This document shows positions 41,161 to 52,800 of a stretch of DNA of 64,000 nt, in pieces (position 1 is the first letter of the stretch; each line of letters starts with the position of its first letter). The notes beneath the pieces are model-generated. The model had not been told where the DNA came from, did not search any database, and saw only the letters and a program-made list of their open reading frames with translations. Made by a program: the position numbers and the translations under genes. Location: positions 7,136,001 to 7,200,000 of the forward strand of contig OZ244561.1 in the NCBI GenBank assembly GCA_965217585.1, given 5' to 3'. Origin of the DNA: Candidatus Latescibacterota bacterium (GTDB lineage Bacteria; Latescibacterota; UBA2968; UBA8231).

Positions 41161-41271
41161 TGCGGCCCCGGTGTCATGCCTGCGAAAGCAGGCATCCAGC
41201 AATGCCCGTTTGAGGCCCGTGCGCTGGGCTGGATTCCCGCTTTCGCGGGAATGACGACGGGTGGGGCCGCA
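41161..41271. repeat. Palindromic MITE/REP-like element of GTCATTCCCGCGAAAGCGGGAATC type
   Basis: Inverted pair GTCATGCCTGCGAAAGCAGGCATCCAG / CTGGATTCCCGCTTTCGCGGGAATGAC with outer TGCGGCCCC/GGGGCCGCA arms. Confidence 0.75.
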
Positions 41272-41354
41272 AGCCGCAGACGCTGCATAAGGCTGCGTAA
41301 CATCACTTAATAATTGTTGACAGTGTAACAAAATGTGTTACTCATTGAGGTGAC

Positions 41355-41684
41355 ATGGCCGAATATTCCGTCAACCGTCCGTTGAAGCGTGCGCCTGTTC
41401 ATCCGGGTGAGATTCTGCGTGAAGATGTATTGCCGTCGCTTGAGTTATCGGTTAGTGAAGCGGCTCGACGACTCGGTGTTTCGCGTCAACAATTGCATCG
41501 CGTTCTGGCTTGTACGCATCCGATTACAACAGAAATGGCACTTAGAATAGGAAAACTCGTCGGCAACGGTCCTGGGCTGTGGTTGCGCCTGCAACAAGCT
41601 TGTGATTTGTGGCGTGTAGAGCAGTGTATGAAAGACGAACTTGCAAAAATAAGACCTGCAAATTTGACGTACTCCCAAAGCTGA
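41355..41684 (+). CDS. higA: HigA-family antitoxin (no adjacent toxin)
   Basis: PVHPGEILRED, HTH and LWLRLQ motifs; upstream TTGACA and GTAACA..TGTTAC inverted repeat. Confidence 0.88.
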   Translation: MAEYSVNRPLKRAPVHPGEILREDVLPSLELSVSEAARRLGVSRQQLHRVLACTHPITTEMALRIGKLVGNGPGLWLRLQQACDLWRVEQCMKDELAKIRPANLTYSQS

Positions 41685-41776
41685 AGCATTGCTGGCGTTG
41701 TGCCGAGCGCGTCGGCGATGATTACACCGGTTTTTTGAGCAGTTCGTCCATATCCACAAAGTAAAGGATTATCCCC

Positions 41777-42247
41777 ATGACTTGGCTCGTCTTCGCTCTA
41801 CTCACCGTCTCTTGCTGGGGCCTCTACGGCGTCTTGTTGCACACTGGCCAAATCGCCATGGCCGACCCGGTAAATGGCCGCTACAAAGCCTTCCTCTTCG
41901 TCGGCTTGGCCTACCTGCTCACCGCGGTCTTCGGCTCGCTGATCGTCCTAGCCTACAACGGCGCGAGCTGGCTCTACCCGGCCAAGGGCGTCTTCTGGTC
42001 CACCGCCGCTGGCATCGCCGGAGCCATCGGCGCGTTGGGCGTCCTGCTTGCCTTCGGTGCCAAGGGGACCCCGGCAGTGGTCATGTCCATCGTCTTTGCC
42101 GGTGCACCCATCGTCAACGCGGTCGTCGCCGCGCTCGTGCATCCGCCCGCTGGCGGCTGGGCGGCCGTGCGCTGGCCCTTCGTCCTCGGCATCGTCTTGG
42201 CCGCCCTGGGAGGCTACCTAGTAACGTTCTTCCGCCCAGGCAACTGA
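41777..42247 (+). CDS. Small multi-TM membrane protein (EamA/DMT-like)
   Basis: About five hydrophobic helices; WGLYG motif. Confidence 0.65.
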   Translation: MTWLVFALLTVSCWGLYGVLLHTGQIAMADPVNGRYKAFLFVGLAYLLTAVFGSLIVLAYNGASWLYPAKGVFWSTAAGIAGAIGALGVLLAFGAKGTPAVVMSIVFAGAPIVNAVVAALVHPPAGGWAAVRWPFVLGIVLAALGGYLVTFFRPGN

Positions 42248-42248
42248 C

Positions 42249-42665
42249 GTGCCCGTCGAATTCCGCACCCGCCGCCGCGTCGAGTGGGCCGATACCGACC
42301 AAGCCGGCATCGTCCACTTTGCGCGCTTCTTCGTCTTCATGGAGGCCGCCGAGCACGCCTTCTGGCGCAGCTTGGGCCTGAGCGTCCACAGCCAACGCGA
42401 CGGCGACACCATTAGCTGGCCCCGCCTCGTCGCCGAATGCGAGTACTTCCGCCCCGTCGCCTTTGAAGACGTCCTCGACATCCAGCTACACCTCGACAAG
42501 CAGGGCGAGAAGTCCCTCAGCTTTCGTTTCGACTTCCACTGCGGCGGCGAACAGATAGCCCAAGGCCGACTCAAGGTCGCCTGTTGCGTCTGCAACCCAG
42601 GCGAGGCCATCCGCGCCATCCCCATCCCGGACTTTATCACCCGCAAACTGGCGGCGCATCCATGA
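42249..42665 (+). CDS. Acyl-CoA thioesterase (4HBT hot-dog fold)
   Basis: VEWADTDQAGIVHFARFFVFME motif. Confidence 0.9.
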   Translation: MPVEFRTRRRVEWADTDQAGIVHFARFFVFMEAAEHAFWRSLGLSVHSQRDGDTISWPRLVAECEYFRPVAFEDVLDIQLHLDKQGEKSLSFRFDFHCGGEQIAQGRLKVACCVCNPGEAIRAIPIPDFITRKLAAHP

Positions 42666-43339
42666 ACGCAGCCCCGGCCCTCGCCGCAGCCGACGTCTGC
42701 AAACACTTCGCCCTCGGCGACCAGACCGTCGAAGTGCTGCGCGGCGTCTCGCTGTGCGCCGAGGAGGGTCAGTCCCTAGCGCTTATCGGTCCGTCCGGCT
42801 CGGGCAAGAGCACCTTGTTGCACCTGCTCGGCACCCTCGAACCTCCTACCTCGGGCCAGATCACCATCGGCGGCCAAGACCCGCTAGCTCTTCCCGAACC
42901 TCAACTCGCCCGCTTCCGCAACCAGCACATCGGCTTCGTCTTCCAAAACCACCACCTGCTGCCCCAGTACTCGGCCCTCGAAAACGCCCTAATCCCCACC
43001 CTCGCCTTTCCCCAAGCCGACCGGCGCGAGCGCGCCCGCGACCTTTTGACTGCCGTCGGTCTAGCAGAGCGCCTGCACCACCGCCCCGCTGAGCTGTCCG
43101 GCGGCGAGTGCCAGCGCGTAGCTGTAGCGCGCGCCTTGATCAACCAGCCCGGTCTCTTGCTCTGCGACGAGCCTACCGGCAGCCTTGACCGCCAGACAGC
43201 CGCCACCGTCGCCGACCTGCTCTTTGCGCTGCACCGCGCCGAACAAGCCGCCCTCGTCATCGCAACCCACGACCTCGAGCTAGCGGCGCGCTGCGACCAC
43301 CGCCTACATCTGCGCGAGGGGACGTGCGTCGAAGCCTAA
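42662..43339 (+). CDS. ABC transporter ATP-binding protein (LolD-like)
   Basis: GPSGSGKS, LSGGE and CDEPTG motifs. Confidence 0.92.
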   Translation: MNAAPALAAADVCKHFALGDQTVEVLRGVSLCAEEGQSLALIGPSGSGKSTLLHLLGTLEPPTSGQITIGGQDPLALPEPQLARFRNQHIGFVFQNHHLLPQYSALENALIPTLAFPQADRRERARDLLTAVGLAERLHHRPAELSGGECQRVAVARALINQPGLLLCDEPTGSLDRQTAATVADLLFALHRAEQAALVIATHDLELAARCDHRLHLREGTCVEA

Positions 43340-46300
43340 TCCACTACTGGCGGGTTCACTTAGGGTTGCTGCTGGGGACCGCTGTCGCCACAACCGCCCT
43401 GACCGGCGCACTCCTAGTCGGCGACTCCATGCGCGGCAGTCTGCGCGATTTGGCCTTAGAGCGCCTAGGCCGTATCGACTATGCACTGCTCGCCGCGCAC
43501 TTCTTCCGCAGCGATTTGGCCACCGCGCTGCCTGGGGGCCACGCGCCCGCCATCCTCCTCAACGGCAGCGTCCGCCACGCCGAGACCCAAGCGCTCGCTG
43601 CTGGCGTGCAAATCCAAGGCATCGACATCCGCTTCGCCGCGCTCTTCCCCGAGGGTGGCCCCGCCTTGCGCGACGCTCTCCAATCAACGCCGGACCAGCC
43701 GTTTCCCCCACTCGTCGTCAGCGCTTCGCTGCAACGCGCCCTCGATATTGAATTAGGCGACTCGGTGCTGCTTTCGTTGGAGCGCCCTAGCCCAACCTAC
43801 CGCGAATCCCTCTTTGGCCGCCGCGCTACCGGCGATATCGTCACCACCCTGCGCGTGGTGCTTACCGGCGTCTTACCCGACAGCGGGGCGGGGCGCTTTG
43901 GCCTGCGACTGCATCAGCATCTGCCGCTCAACGCATACCTCGACCTCCAGGCCCTCCAGCGCGCCCTCGGCCAACAGGATCGCGTCAACGCCCTGCTCAT
44001 CGCCGCGCCCGGCAGTCGGCACCAAGACCTGCAACACGCTCTCAGCCAACACCTGAGCCTTGCCGACCGCAAGCTAGACCTCGCGCTGCACACCAACTAC
44101 ATCGAGCTTACCAGCACCCGCTTTGTCCTCGACGACTCGACCCGCGCCGCCGCCTTGGCCAGCGGTGCCGCCCTACAGCTCCAAACCGCGACCTTCTCGA
44201 CCTATCTGGCCAACGCCATTACGGGCAATGGCCGCCAAGTTCCCTACTCAACCATTACCGCCCTCGACGATCCCACCGGCCTCTACCTCGCCGACGGACA
44301 GCCCGCGCCACCCCTCGCCGACGACGCCCTCTACCTCGACGCCTGGACGGCCCAAGACCTGGCCGCAACTCCCGGCGACTCCATCTCCCTGACCTATTAC
44401 GTCGTCGGCCCGCGCGAGGAACTTCGGACCAAGCAGACCCACTTCCGCCTCCAAGGAATTGTGCAGATGCGCGGCTTGGCCATTGACCCGACCTTGACGC
44501 CCGCCTATCCGGGATTGCAGGAAGAAGGCGACATGGCTGCCTGGGATGCGCCCTTCCCCATCGACATGGGCCAAATCCGCCCGCAGGACGAAGCCTACTG
44601 GGACCAGTACGGGGCCGCGCCTAAAGCCTTCGTCGCGGCCCATACAGGCCAGCGCCTCTGGCGCAGCCACCACGGTGCCCTAACTGCCATCCGCTTTTAT
44701 CCCCCCTCGCCCGCCCACTACCAAAGCCTGCGCCAAGATCTGCTAGCGCGCCTGTCTCCAGCGGCGACCGGCTTCTCCTTGCGCCCCGTTCGCCAAGAAG
44801 CCCTGCGGGCCGCAACCGGAGCCACGGACTTCAGCGGCCTTTTTATCGGTTTCAGTCTCTTCCTCATCGCCGCTGCCGCATTACTGGTGGTTCTGCTGTG
44901 CAAGTTCGGCCTTGAACAACGCGCGCGCGAAGCGGGCCTGCTGCTCGCCACCGGCTATCCGCTCGCCGCCGTGGCCCGGCGCTTCTTGGGCGAGGGCATC
45001 GCCTTGGCCGCACTGGGTGGGCTACTCGGCCTAGCCGGCGCTCCCCTCTACGCCTATCTAATGCTGGTCGGCTTGCACACCTTGTGGTTGGAGGCTATCG
45101 GCACGCCCTTCCTCCAGCTCCACGTTAGCTGGCTGAGCTTGGGAGTGGGCTATCTATCCACTTTGCTACTGGTCTCCCTGGCACTGTGGCGCACTGTGCA
45201 GCGCTTCCACCGGCTGCCCGTCCGCGCCCTGCTCGCCGGTACCCTCGACACTGCGCTGAGCCGACCACGCCGTCGCAGTGCCGTCTTCGCCGCGCTCGGT
45301 TTGGCCCTAGCCCTCACCTTGAGCGTCCTCGCTGGCACAGCCGACGCAGCCACGGCCGCGGCGCTTTTCTTAGGCAGCGGCACCGCAGCCCTTTTGGCGC
45401 TCTTGGCTTTGCTCGCAGTATGGTTGCGCGCTCCGACCGCGGGCCGCCTCAGTTCCAGCCTCAGCTTGGGCCTCTTCAACAGCACCCGCAAGCCCAGCCG
45501 CAGCACCCTCTGCACCTCTCTTGTCGCCTGCGCCACCTTTGTCATCGTCGCCGCCGGAGCCCACCGACGGGTCGAGTGGGCAGACGATCCTAACACGGGC
45601 GGCTTCGCGCTCATCGCCGAGGCAGAAATTCCCCTGCACCAAGACCTCAATAGCGCGGACGGGCGCTTTGAGTTAGGGCTGTCAACAGGCTTGGGCACCG
45701 CGCGATTTTTTCCCTTCCGCGTCCTGCCCGGCGACGACGTGAGCTGCCTGAACCTCTACCTGCCCCAGACCCCGCGCGTCCTCGGCGCACCGGCCGAGTT
45801 CGTCCAACGCGGCGGCTTGCCCTTCCGACAGACCCTCGCCCTGACGCCGGACGAGCACGCCAATCCCTATCGATTGCTCCAGCGCGATTTGGGGCCGGGC
45901 ATCGTCCCAGCCATCGGCGATTTTAATTCAGCGCAGTGGATTTTGCACAAGCGTCTGGGCGACGACATCCCGATTGCGGAGGGCTTAACTCTGCGGTTGG
46001 TCGGGCTGTTGGACGGCAGCCTATTCCAGAGCGAGTTGCTCATTGACGAGGATCGCTTCGCCGCGCACTTTCCCGCACGCGAAGGCTATGGCTACTTCCT
46101 AGTCGAAACGGAACAACCAGCCGCCATCGCCGCCGCGCTCGAAAAAGGGCTAGCGGCCTACGGCCTCGACGCCACCTTGAGCGCCGAGCGCCTCCGAGGC
46201 TACCGCGCCGTCGAAAACACGTATCTGGCGACCTTTCAGACGCTGGGCTTGCTCGGGCTGCTCTTGGGGACTCTCGGTTTGGGGATCCTCATTCTGCGCA

Positions 46301-46596
46301 ACGTCCTCGAGCGCAGTGGCGAGTTGGCGGCCTTGAGCGCCTGTGGCTTTCGCCGCGCCCGCCTAGGGGCGATGCTGCTCTACGAGCACGGCTTCCTCCT
46401 GCTAGCGGGCGAAGGGATAGGCAGCGTCGCCGCCCTCATCGCCGTGGCCCCCCGCCTCTTCGACCCCGCGCCCTTGCCTTGGGCCGCGCTGAGCATCTCG
46501 CTCGGCTTGGTCTTCGCCGCTGGCTTGTTGGCGTGTACTGTTGCGGCGCATTTGGCCCTGCGCCGCCCCCTGCTGGCGGCCCTCAAGGCCGAGTAG
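43324..46596 (+). CDS. ABC transporter permease (FtsX/MacB-like, duplicated)
   Basis: Two permease halves with large periplasmic loops; follows the ATPase. Confidence 0.85.
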   Translation: MRRSLIHYWRVHLGLLLGTAVATTALTGALLVGDSMRGSLRDLALERLGRIDYALLAAHFFRSDLATALPGGHAPAILLNGSVRHAETQALAAGVQIQGIDIRFAALFPEGGPALRDALQSTPDQPFPPLVVSASLQRALDIELGDSVLLSLERPSPTYRESLFGRRATGDIVTTLRVVLTGVLPDSGAGRFGLRLHQHLPLNAYLDLQALQRALGQQDRVNALLIAAPGSRHQDLQHALSQHLSLADRKLDLALHTNYIELTSTRFVLDDSTRAAALASGAALQLQTATFSTYLANAITGNGRQVPYSTITALDDPTGLYLADGQPAPPLADDALYLDAWTAQDLAATPGDSISLTYYVVGPREELRTKQTHFRLQGIVQMRGLAIDPTLTPAYPGLQEEGDMAAWDAPFPIDMGQIRPQDEAYWDQYGAAPKAFVAAHTGQRLWRSHHGALTAIRFYPPSPAHYQSLRQDLLARLSPAATGFSLRPVRQEALRAATGATDFSGLFIGFSLFLIAAAALLVVLLCKFGLEQRAREAGLLLATGYPLAAVARRFLGEGIALAALGGLLGLAGAPLYAYLMLVGLHTLWLEAIGTPFLQLHVSWLSLGVGYLSTLLLVSLALWRTVQRFHRLPVRALLAGTLDTALSRPRRRSAVFAALGLALALTLSVLAGTADAATAAALFLGSGTAALLALLALLAVWLRAPTAGRLSSSLSLGLFNSTRKPSRSTLCTSLVACATFVIVAAGAHRRVEWADDPNTGGFALIAEAEIPLHQDLNSADGRFELGLSTGLGTARFFPFRVLPGDDVSCLNLYLPQTPRVLGAPAEFVQRGGLPFRQTLALTPDEHANPYRLLQRDLGPGIVPAIGDFNSAQWILHKRLGDDIPIAEGLTLRLVGLLDGSLFQSELLIDEDRFAAHFPAREGYGYFLVETEQPAAIAAALEKGLAAYGLDATLSAERLRGYRAVENTYLATFQTLGLLGLLLGTLGLGILILRNVLERSGELAALSACGFRRARLGAMLLYEHGFLLLAGEGIGSVAALIAVAPRLFDPAPLPWAALSISLGLVFAAGLLACTVAAHLALRRPLLAALKAE

Positions 46597-46805
46597 GCAA
46601 GGACCAGTGGTTAGAAGCCATCTCCTTTAGGGGACGGTAGCTTACAGAGACCAGTTCCTACGCTTGTCTAAACAACGGGCGACCCCCTGACGACGCGCTG
46701 GCACACCCCGCCTGAGCACAACCGATTGCGTTGCGCGCTTGCCACAAACCCCGATTTATTTGAACTTTAGCAGACACACACGTATTCGTAATTGGCCGAT
46801 GTCAA

Positions 46806-49800
46806 ATGATAGGACAGCGCTTGGTGCCGTGGCCCCATGTAGCGTCCAGGCCCAAGCTTTGGACGACAATTAATCTTCATAAGTCATTAATAAACAATGT
46901 TTTACCCCCCCCCCGAATTTTAGGGTCGCGGGGTCGCGCCAGAGTTGGGCCGGTGATTCCTTCAAATAAGGCTGTCAGGCCGGCCCGGCTCCCGCGGCTT
47001 CTCGCCCTCTCCGCCGCCGCCGCGGTGCTGCTCGTGCTCTCCGCCGCCCTTCCCGCCACGGCGCTGCCCCCCAGGCCGACGGGTTTCGCCGTGTCGAACG
47101 GCAACGGGCAGGTGACGCTCACCTGGGACGCGCCGGCGGAGGACGCGGATATCTGGCACCACGAGTACCGCTTCAAGACCACGGGCGACTACAACGAGTG
47201 GACGAAGATCGACGACAGCGGGGTGGGCAAGATCCACGAGGACTGGGTCGTGGTGACGGGCCTGACCAACGACGTGGCCTACACGTTCCAGTTGCGCATA
47301 GTGAACATAGACGGCAACGGCAACGGGGCGACGGCCGGTCCGGCGACGCCGAGGTCCGGCGTCTGCGGGCGCACCGAGCAGGTGCGGGACGCGATCGTGG
47401 CTGGGACCGCCGACCTCCGCGTGTCGGACTGCGCCGACGTGACGAGGGCGGACCTGGCCGGCGTGATGTCTCTGGATTTCGCCTCTGTTGTCATCAAGTC
47501 CCTGCAGCCGGGCGACTTCTCGGGCCTGACCGCGCTGAAGGATCTCACTCTGAGCGGCAACGAGCTCACCTCGCTTCCCGCCGGCGTGTTCTCCGACCTG
47601 ACCGCGCTGAAGGATCTCACTCTGAGCGACAACGAGCTCAGTTCGCTTCCCGTCGGCGCGTTCTCCGGCCTGACCGCGCTGACGGATCTCAATCTGGACC
47701 TCAACGAGCTCACCTCGCTTCCCGCCGGCGTGTTCTCCGGCCTGACCACGCTGAAGGATCTCCGTCTGGTCAGCAACAAGCTCAGTTCGCTTCCCGCCGG
47801 CGTGTTCTCCGGCCTGACCGCGCTGACGGATCTCTCTCTCTTCCGCAACAAGCTCACCTCGCTTCCCGCCGGCGTGTTCTCCGACCTGACCGCGCTGACG
47901 TTTCTCAATCTGGAATCCAACGAGCTCACCTCGCTTCCCGCCGGCGTGTTCTCCGGCCTGACCGTGCTGAGGGCTCTCCGTCTGCGTTACAACAAGCTCA
48001 GTTCGCTTCCCGCCGGTGTGTTCTCCCGCCTGACCGCGCTGACGGATCTCCGTCTGAGTTCCAACGAGTTCACCTCGCTTCCCGCCGGCGTGTTCTCCGG
48101 CCTGACCGCGCTGACGAATCTCTCTCTGATCGGCACCAAGCTCAGTTCGCTTCCCGCCGGCGTGTTCTCCGGCCTGACCGCGCTGACGTCGCTCTATCTG
48201 CGCGAAAACACCGTAGACCCGCTGCCGCTGACCGTGACGCTGGAGAGGAACCCGGATGCCGTCGAGATCCGCGCGGTGGTGCTGACCGCGGCGCCGTTCG
48301 CGGTTCCGCTGGTCGTGAGCGTGGCGAACGGCAGCCTCGCGGGCGGGGCGGCCACGATCACGGTCCCGATCGGTGCGCGGGAGAGCGCCTGGGTCGGGGT
48401 GACCCGCACGCCCGGCACGGCCGGGGCGGTGACCGCGGACATCGACCTGACCCCCCAGCCGATCCTGCCCGACAAACACGATGGCTATGAGTTCGTCAAG
48501 TCCGCGAGCGACCTGCCGCTGACGGTGCTGGACGTGCCGGGCGCGCCGGCTGCGCCGTCGGTGTCGGCCGCGTCGTCCTCCAGCCTGACGGTCATGTGGT
48601 CGGCGCCGGACGACGGGGGCTCGGCCATCACGGACTACGACGTGCAATACCGGGCAGGCACCAGCGGCGACTGGAGCGACGGGGGCCACACCGGCACGGC
48701 CACCACGGCGACGCTCACGGGCCTTTCGGCGAGCACGTCCTATCAGGTGCAGGTGCGGGCGACCAACGCCGACGGCACCGGCTCGTGGTCGGACTCGGGC
48801 AGCGGCAGGACGGAGGACGCCAACGCGGTCCCGACGTTCATGTCGCCGCCGGCGTTCGACGCGGCGGAAAACCAGACGGTGGCCGGCACGGTGGCGGCGA
48901 CCGACAGGGACGAGGAGGACAGCATCGAGGGCTACGCGATCACCGGCGGCGCAGACCGGAGTTTCTTCTCGATCGACGCGACGTCCGGGGAGCTGACGTT
49001 CGACGCGGCACCGAACTACGAGGACGCCAAGGACCTTGTGAGTGTCGATCCGGCCAATGCCGCCGGCAACAACCAATACGTGGTGGTAGTGACGGCGACC
49101 AGCGGCGCTGGGACACGGGAGAAGACGGCGACGCAGACGATCACGGTGAGAGTGACCGACGTGGACACCGAGGCACCGGGCAAGCCGGGCGCGCCGACGG
49201 TGACGCCGGCGTCGGTGTCGAAGCTGACGGTGAACTGGTCGGCGCCGGCCAACGCGGGCCCGGCGATCACCGACTACGACGTGCGCTACCGGGCGGGCAA
49301 CAGCGGGGGCTGGACGGACGGCAACCACAGCGGCGCCGCCGTCACGGCGACGCTCATGGGCCTGTCGGAGAACACCTCCTACCAGGTGCAGGTGCGGGCG
49401 ACCAACGCCGAGGGCACCGGCGCCTGGTCGAACGCGGGCAGCGGCACGACGGACGCCAACGCGGTGCCGACGTTCACCTCTTCGGCGACGTTCGACGCGG
49501 CGGAGAACCAGACTTCGGCGGGCGAGGTGGTGGCGACGGACTCCGACACGGGCGACGACATCACCGGCTACGCGATCACCGGCGGCGCGGACCGGGATTT
49601 CTTCTCGATCGGGGCGACGTCGGGGGCGCTGACGTTCGACGCGGCGCCCAACTACGAGGACGCGAAGGACCAGGGCAGCAACAACACCTACGTGGTGGAG
49701 GTTACGGCGACCAGCGGCGCGGGCGAGCGGGAGAAGACGGCGACGCAGACGATCACGGTGAGAGTGACCGACGTGGACACCGAGGCACCGGGCAAGCCGG

Positions 49801-52800
49801 ACGCGCCGGACGTGGAGGCGTCGTCGGTGTCGAGGCTGACGGTGAGCTGGTCGGCACCGTCCAACGCGGGTCCGGCGATCACGGACTACGACGTGCAGTA
49901 CCGGGCGGGCAACAGCGGGGGCTGGAGCGACGGCAACCACGACGGTACCGCCACCACGGCGACGCTTACGGGTCTGTCGGAGGACACGTCCTACCAGGTG
50001 CAGGTGCGGGCGACCAACGACGAGGGCACCGGCGCGTGGTCGAACGCGGGCAGCGGCACGACAGACGCCAACGCGGCACCGGCGTTCAGTTCCGATGATG
50101 CGTTCGACGCGGCGGAGAACCAGACGGTGGCGGGCACGGTGCTGGCGACGGACTCCGACGCGGGCGACAGCATCACGGGCTACGCGATCACGGGCGGCGC
50201 GGATGAGGCGTTCTTCTCCATCGGGGCGACGTCCGGGGCGCTGACGTTCAACTCGGCACCGAACTACGAGGACGCCAAGGACGATGGCACCAACAACGAC
50301 TACGTGGTCGAGGTGCAGGCGACCAGCGGCATGGGGGAGCGGGAGAAGACGGCGACGCAGACGATCACGGTGACGGTCACCGACGTAGGCGGCGAGGCGC
50401 CGGGCAAGCCGGCCGCGCCGACGGTGGCACCGGCGTCGGTGTCGAGGCTGACGGTGAACTGGTCGGCACCGACCAACGCGGGCCCGGCGATCACGGACTA
50501 CGACGTGCAATACCGGGCGGGCAACAGCGGGGACTGGAGCGACGGGGGCCACAACGGCACCGCCACCACGGCGACGCTGACGGGCCTGTCGGAGAACACG
50601 TCCTATCAGGTGCAGGTGCGGGCCACCAACGACGAGGGCACCGGCGCCTGGTCGAACGCGGGCAGCGGCACGACGGACGCCAACGCGGTGCCGACGTTCA
50701 CCTCTTCGGCGACGTTCGACGCGGCGGAGAACCAGACTTCGGCGGGCGAGGTGGTGGCGACGGACTCCGATGCGGACGACGACATCACCGGCTACGCGAT
50801 CACCGGCGGGGCGGACCGGGCGTTCTTCTCGATCGTGCCGGCGACGGGGGCGCTGACGTTCGACGCGGCACCGAACTACGAGGACGCCAAGGACGATGGC
50901 ACCAACAACACCTACGTGGTGGAGGTGACGGCGACCAGCGGCATGGGGGAGCGGGTGAAGACCGCCACCCAGACGATCACGGTGACGGTGACCGACGTGA
51001 GCGGCGAGGCGCCGGGCAAGCCGGACGCGCCGACGGTGGCGCCGGCGTCGGTGTCGAGGCTGACGGTGAACTGGTCGGCGCCATCGAACGCGGGTCCGGC
51101 CATCACCGACTACGACGTGCAGTACCGGGCGGGCACGAGCGGCGACTGGAGCGACGCGGGCCACACCGACACCGCCACCACGGCGACGCTCACGGGCCTT
51201 GCGGAGAACACGTCCTACCAGGTGCAGGTGCGGGCCACCAACGACGAGGGCATCGGCGCGTGGTCGGACGCGGGCAGCGGCAAGACGGACGCCAACGCGG
51301 CGCCGACGTTCAGCTCCGATGCGGCGTTCGACGCGGCGGAAAACCAGACCTCGGTCGGCACGGTCCAGGCTTCGGACAGCGACACGGAAGACGACATCGA
51401 GGGCTACGCGATCACCGGCGGGGCGGACCGGGATTTCTTCTCCATCGGGGCGACGTCCGGGGAGCTGACGTTCGACGCGGTGCCGAACTTCGAGGACGCC
51501 AAGGACATTGTGAGTGTCGATCCGGCCAATGCCGCCGGCAACAACCAATACGTGGTGGTAGTGACGGCGACCAGCGGCGCGGGGGAGCGGGAGAAGACGA
51601 CGACGCAGACGATCACGGTGACGGTCACCGACGTGGCCGGGGAGGCGCCGGGCAAGCCGGCCGCGCCGACGGTGACGCCGGCGTCGGTGTCGAGCCTTTC
51701 GGTGAACTGGTCGGCACCGGCCAACGCGGGCCCGGCCATCACCGACTACGACGTGCAATACCGGGAAGGCACCAGCGGGGGCTGGAGCGACGGGGGCCAC
51801 GCCGGCACCGCCATCACGGCGACGCTCACGGGCCTTGCGGAGAACACGTCCTACCAGGTGCAGGTGCGGGCCACCAACGACGAGGGCACCGGCGCGTGGT
51901 CGGAAGCGGGCAGCGGCACCACGGACGCCAACGCGGCGCCGACGTTCAGCTCCGATGCGGCGTTCGACGCGGCGGAAAACCAGACTTCGGCGGGCGAGGT
52001 GGTGGCGACGGACTCCGACGCGGGCGACGACATCACCGGCTACGCGATCACCGGCGGCGCGGACATGGATTTCTTCTCGATCGAGGCGACGGACGGGGCA
52101 CTGACGTTCAACTCGGCACCGAACTACGAGGACGCGAAGGACCAGGGCAGCAACAACACCTACGTGGTGGAGGTTACGGCGACCAGCGGCATGGGGGAGC
52201 GGGTGAAGACGGCGGAGCAGACGATCACGGTGACGGTGACCGATGTGAGCGGCGAGGCGCCGGGCAAGCCGGGCGCGCCGACGGTGACGACCGCGTCGGT
52301 GTCGAGCCTGACGGTGAACTGGTCGGCACCGTCGAACGCGGGCCCGGCCATCACCGACTACGACGTGCAGTACCGGGAAGGCACCAGCGGGGACTGGAGC
52401 GACGGCAACCACGCCGGCACCGCCACCACGGCGACGCTCACGGGCCTTGCGGAGAACACGTCGTATCAGGTGCAGGTGCGGGCCAAGAACGACGAGGGCA
52501 CCGGCGCCTGGTCGGACGCGGGCAGCGGCAAGACGGACGCCAACGCGGCACCGACGTTCACCTCTTCGGCGGAGTTCGACGCGGCGGAGAACCAGACTTC
52601 GGCGGGCGAGGTGGTGGCGACGGACTCCGATGCGGACGACGACATCACCGGCTACGCGATCACCGGCGGCGCGGACATGGATTTCTTCTCGATCGGGACG
52701 ACGTCGGGGGCACTGACGTTCGACGCGGTACCGAACTACGAGGACGCGAAGGACGATGGCACCAACAACACCTACGTGGTGGAGGTGACGGCGACCAGCG

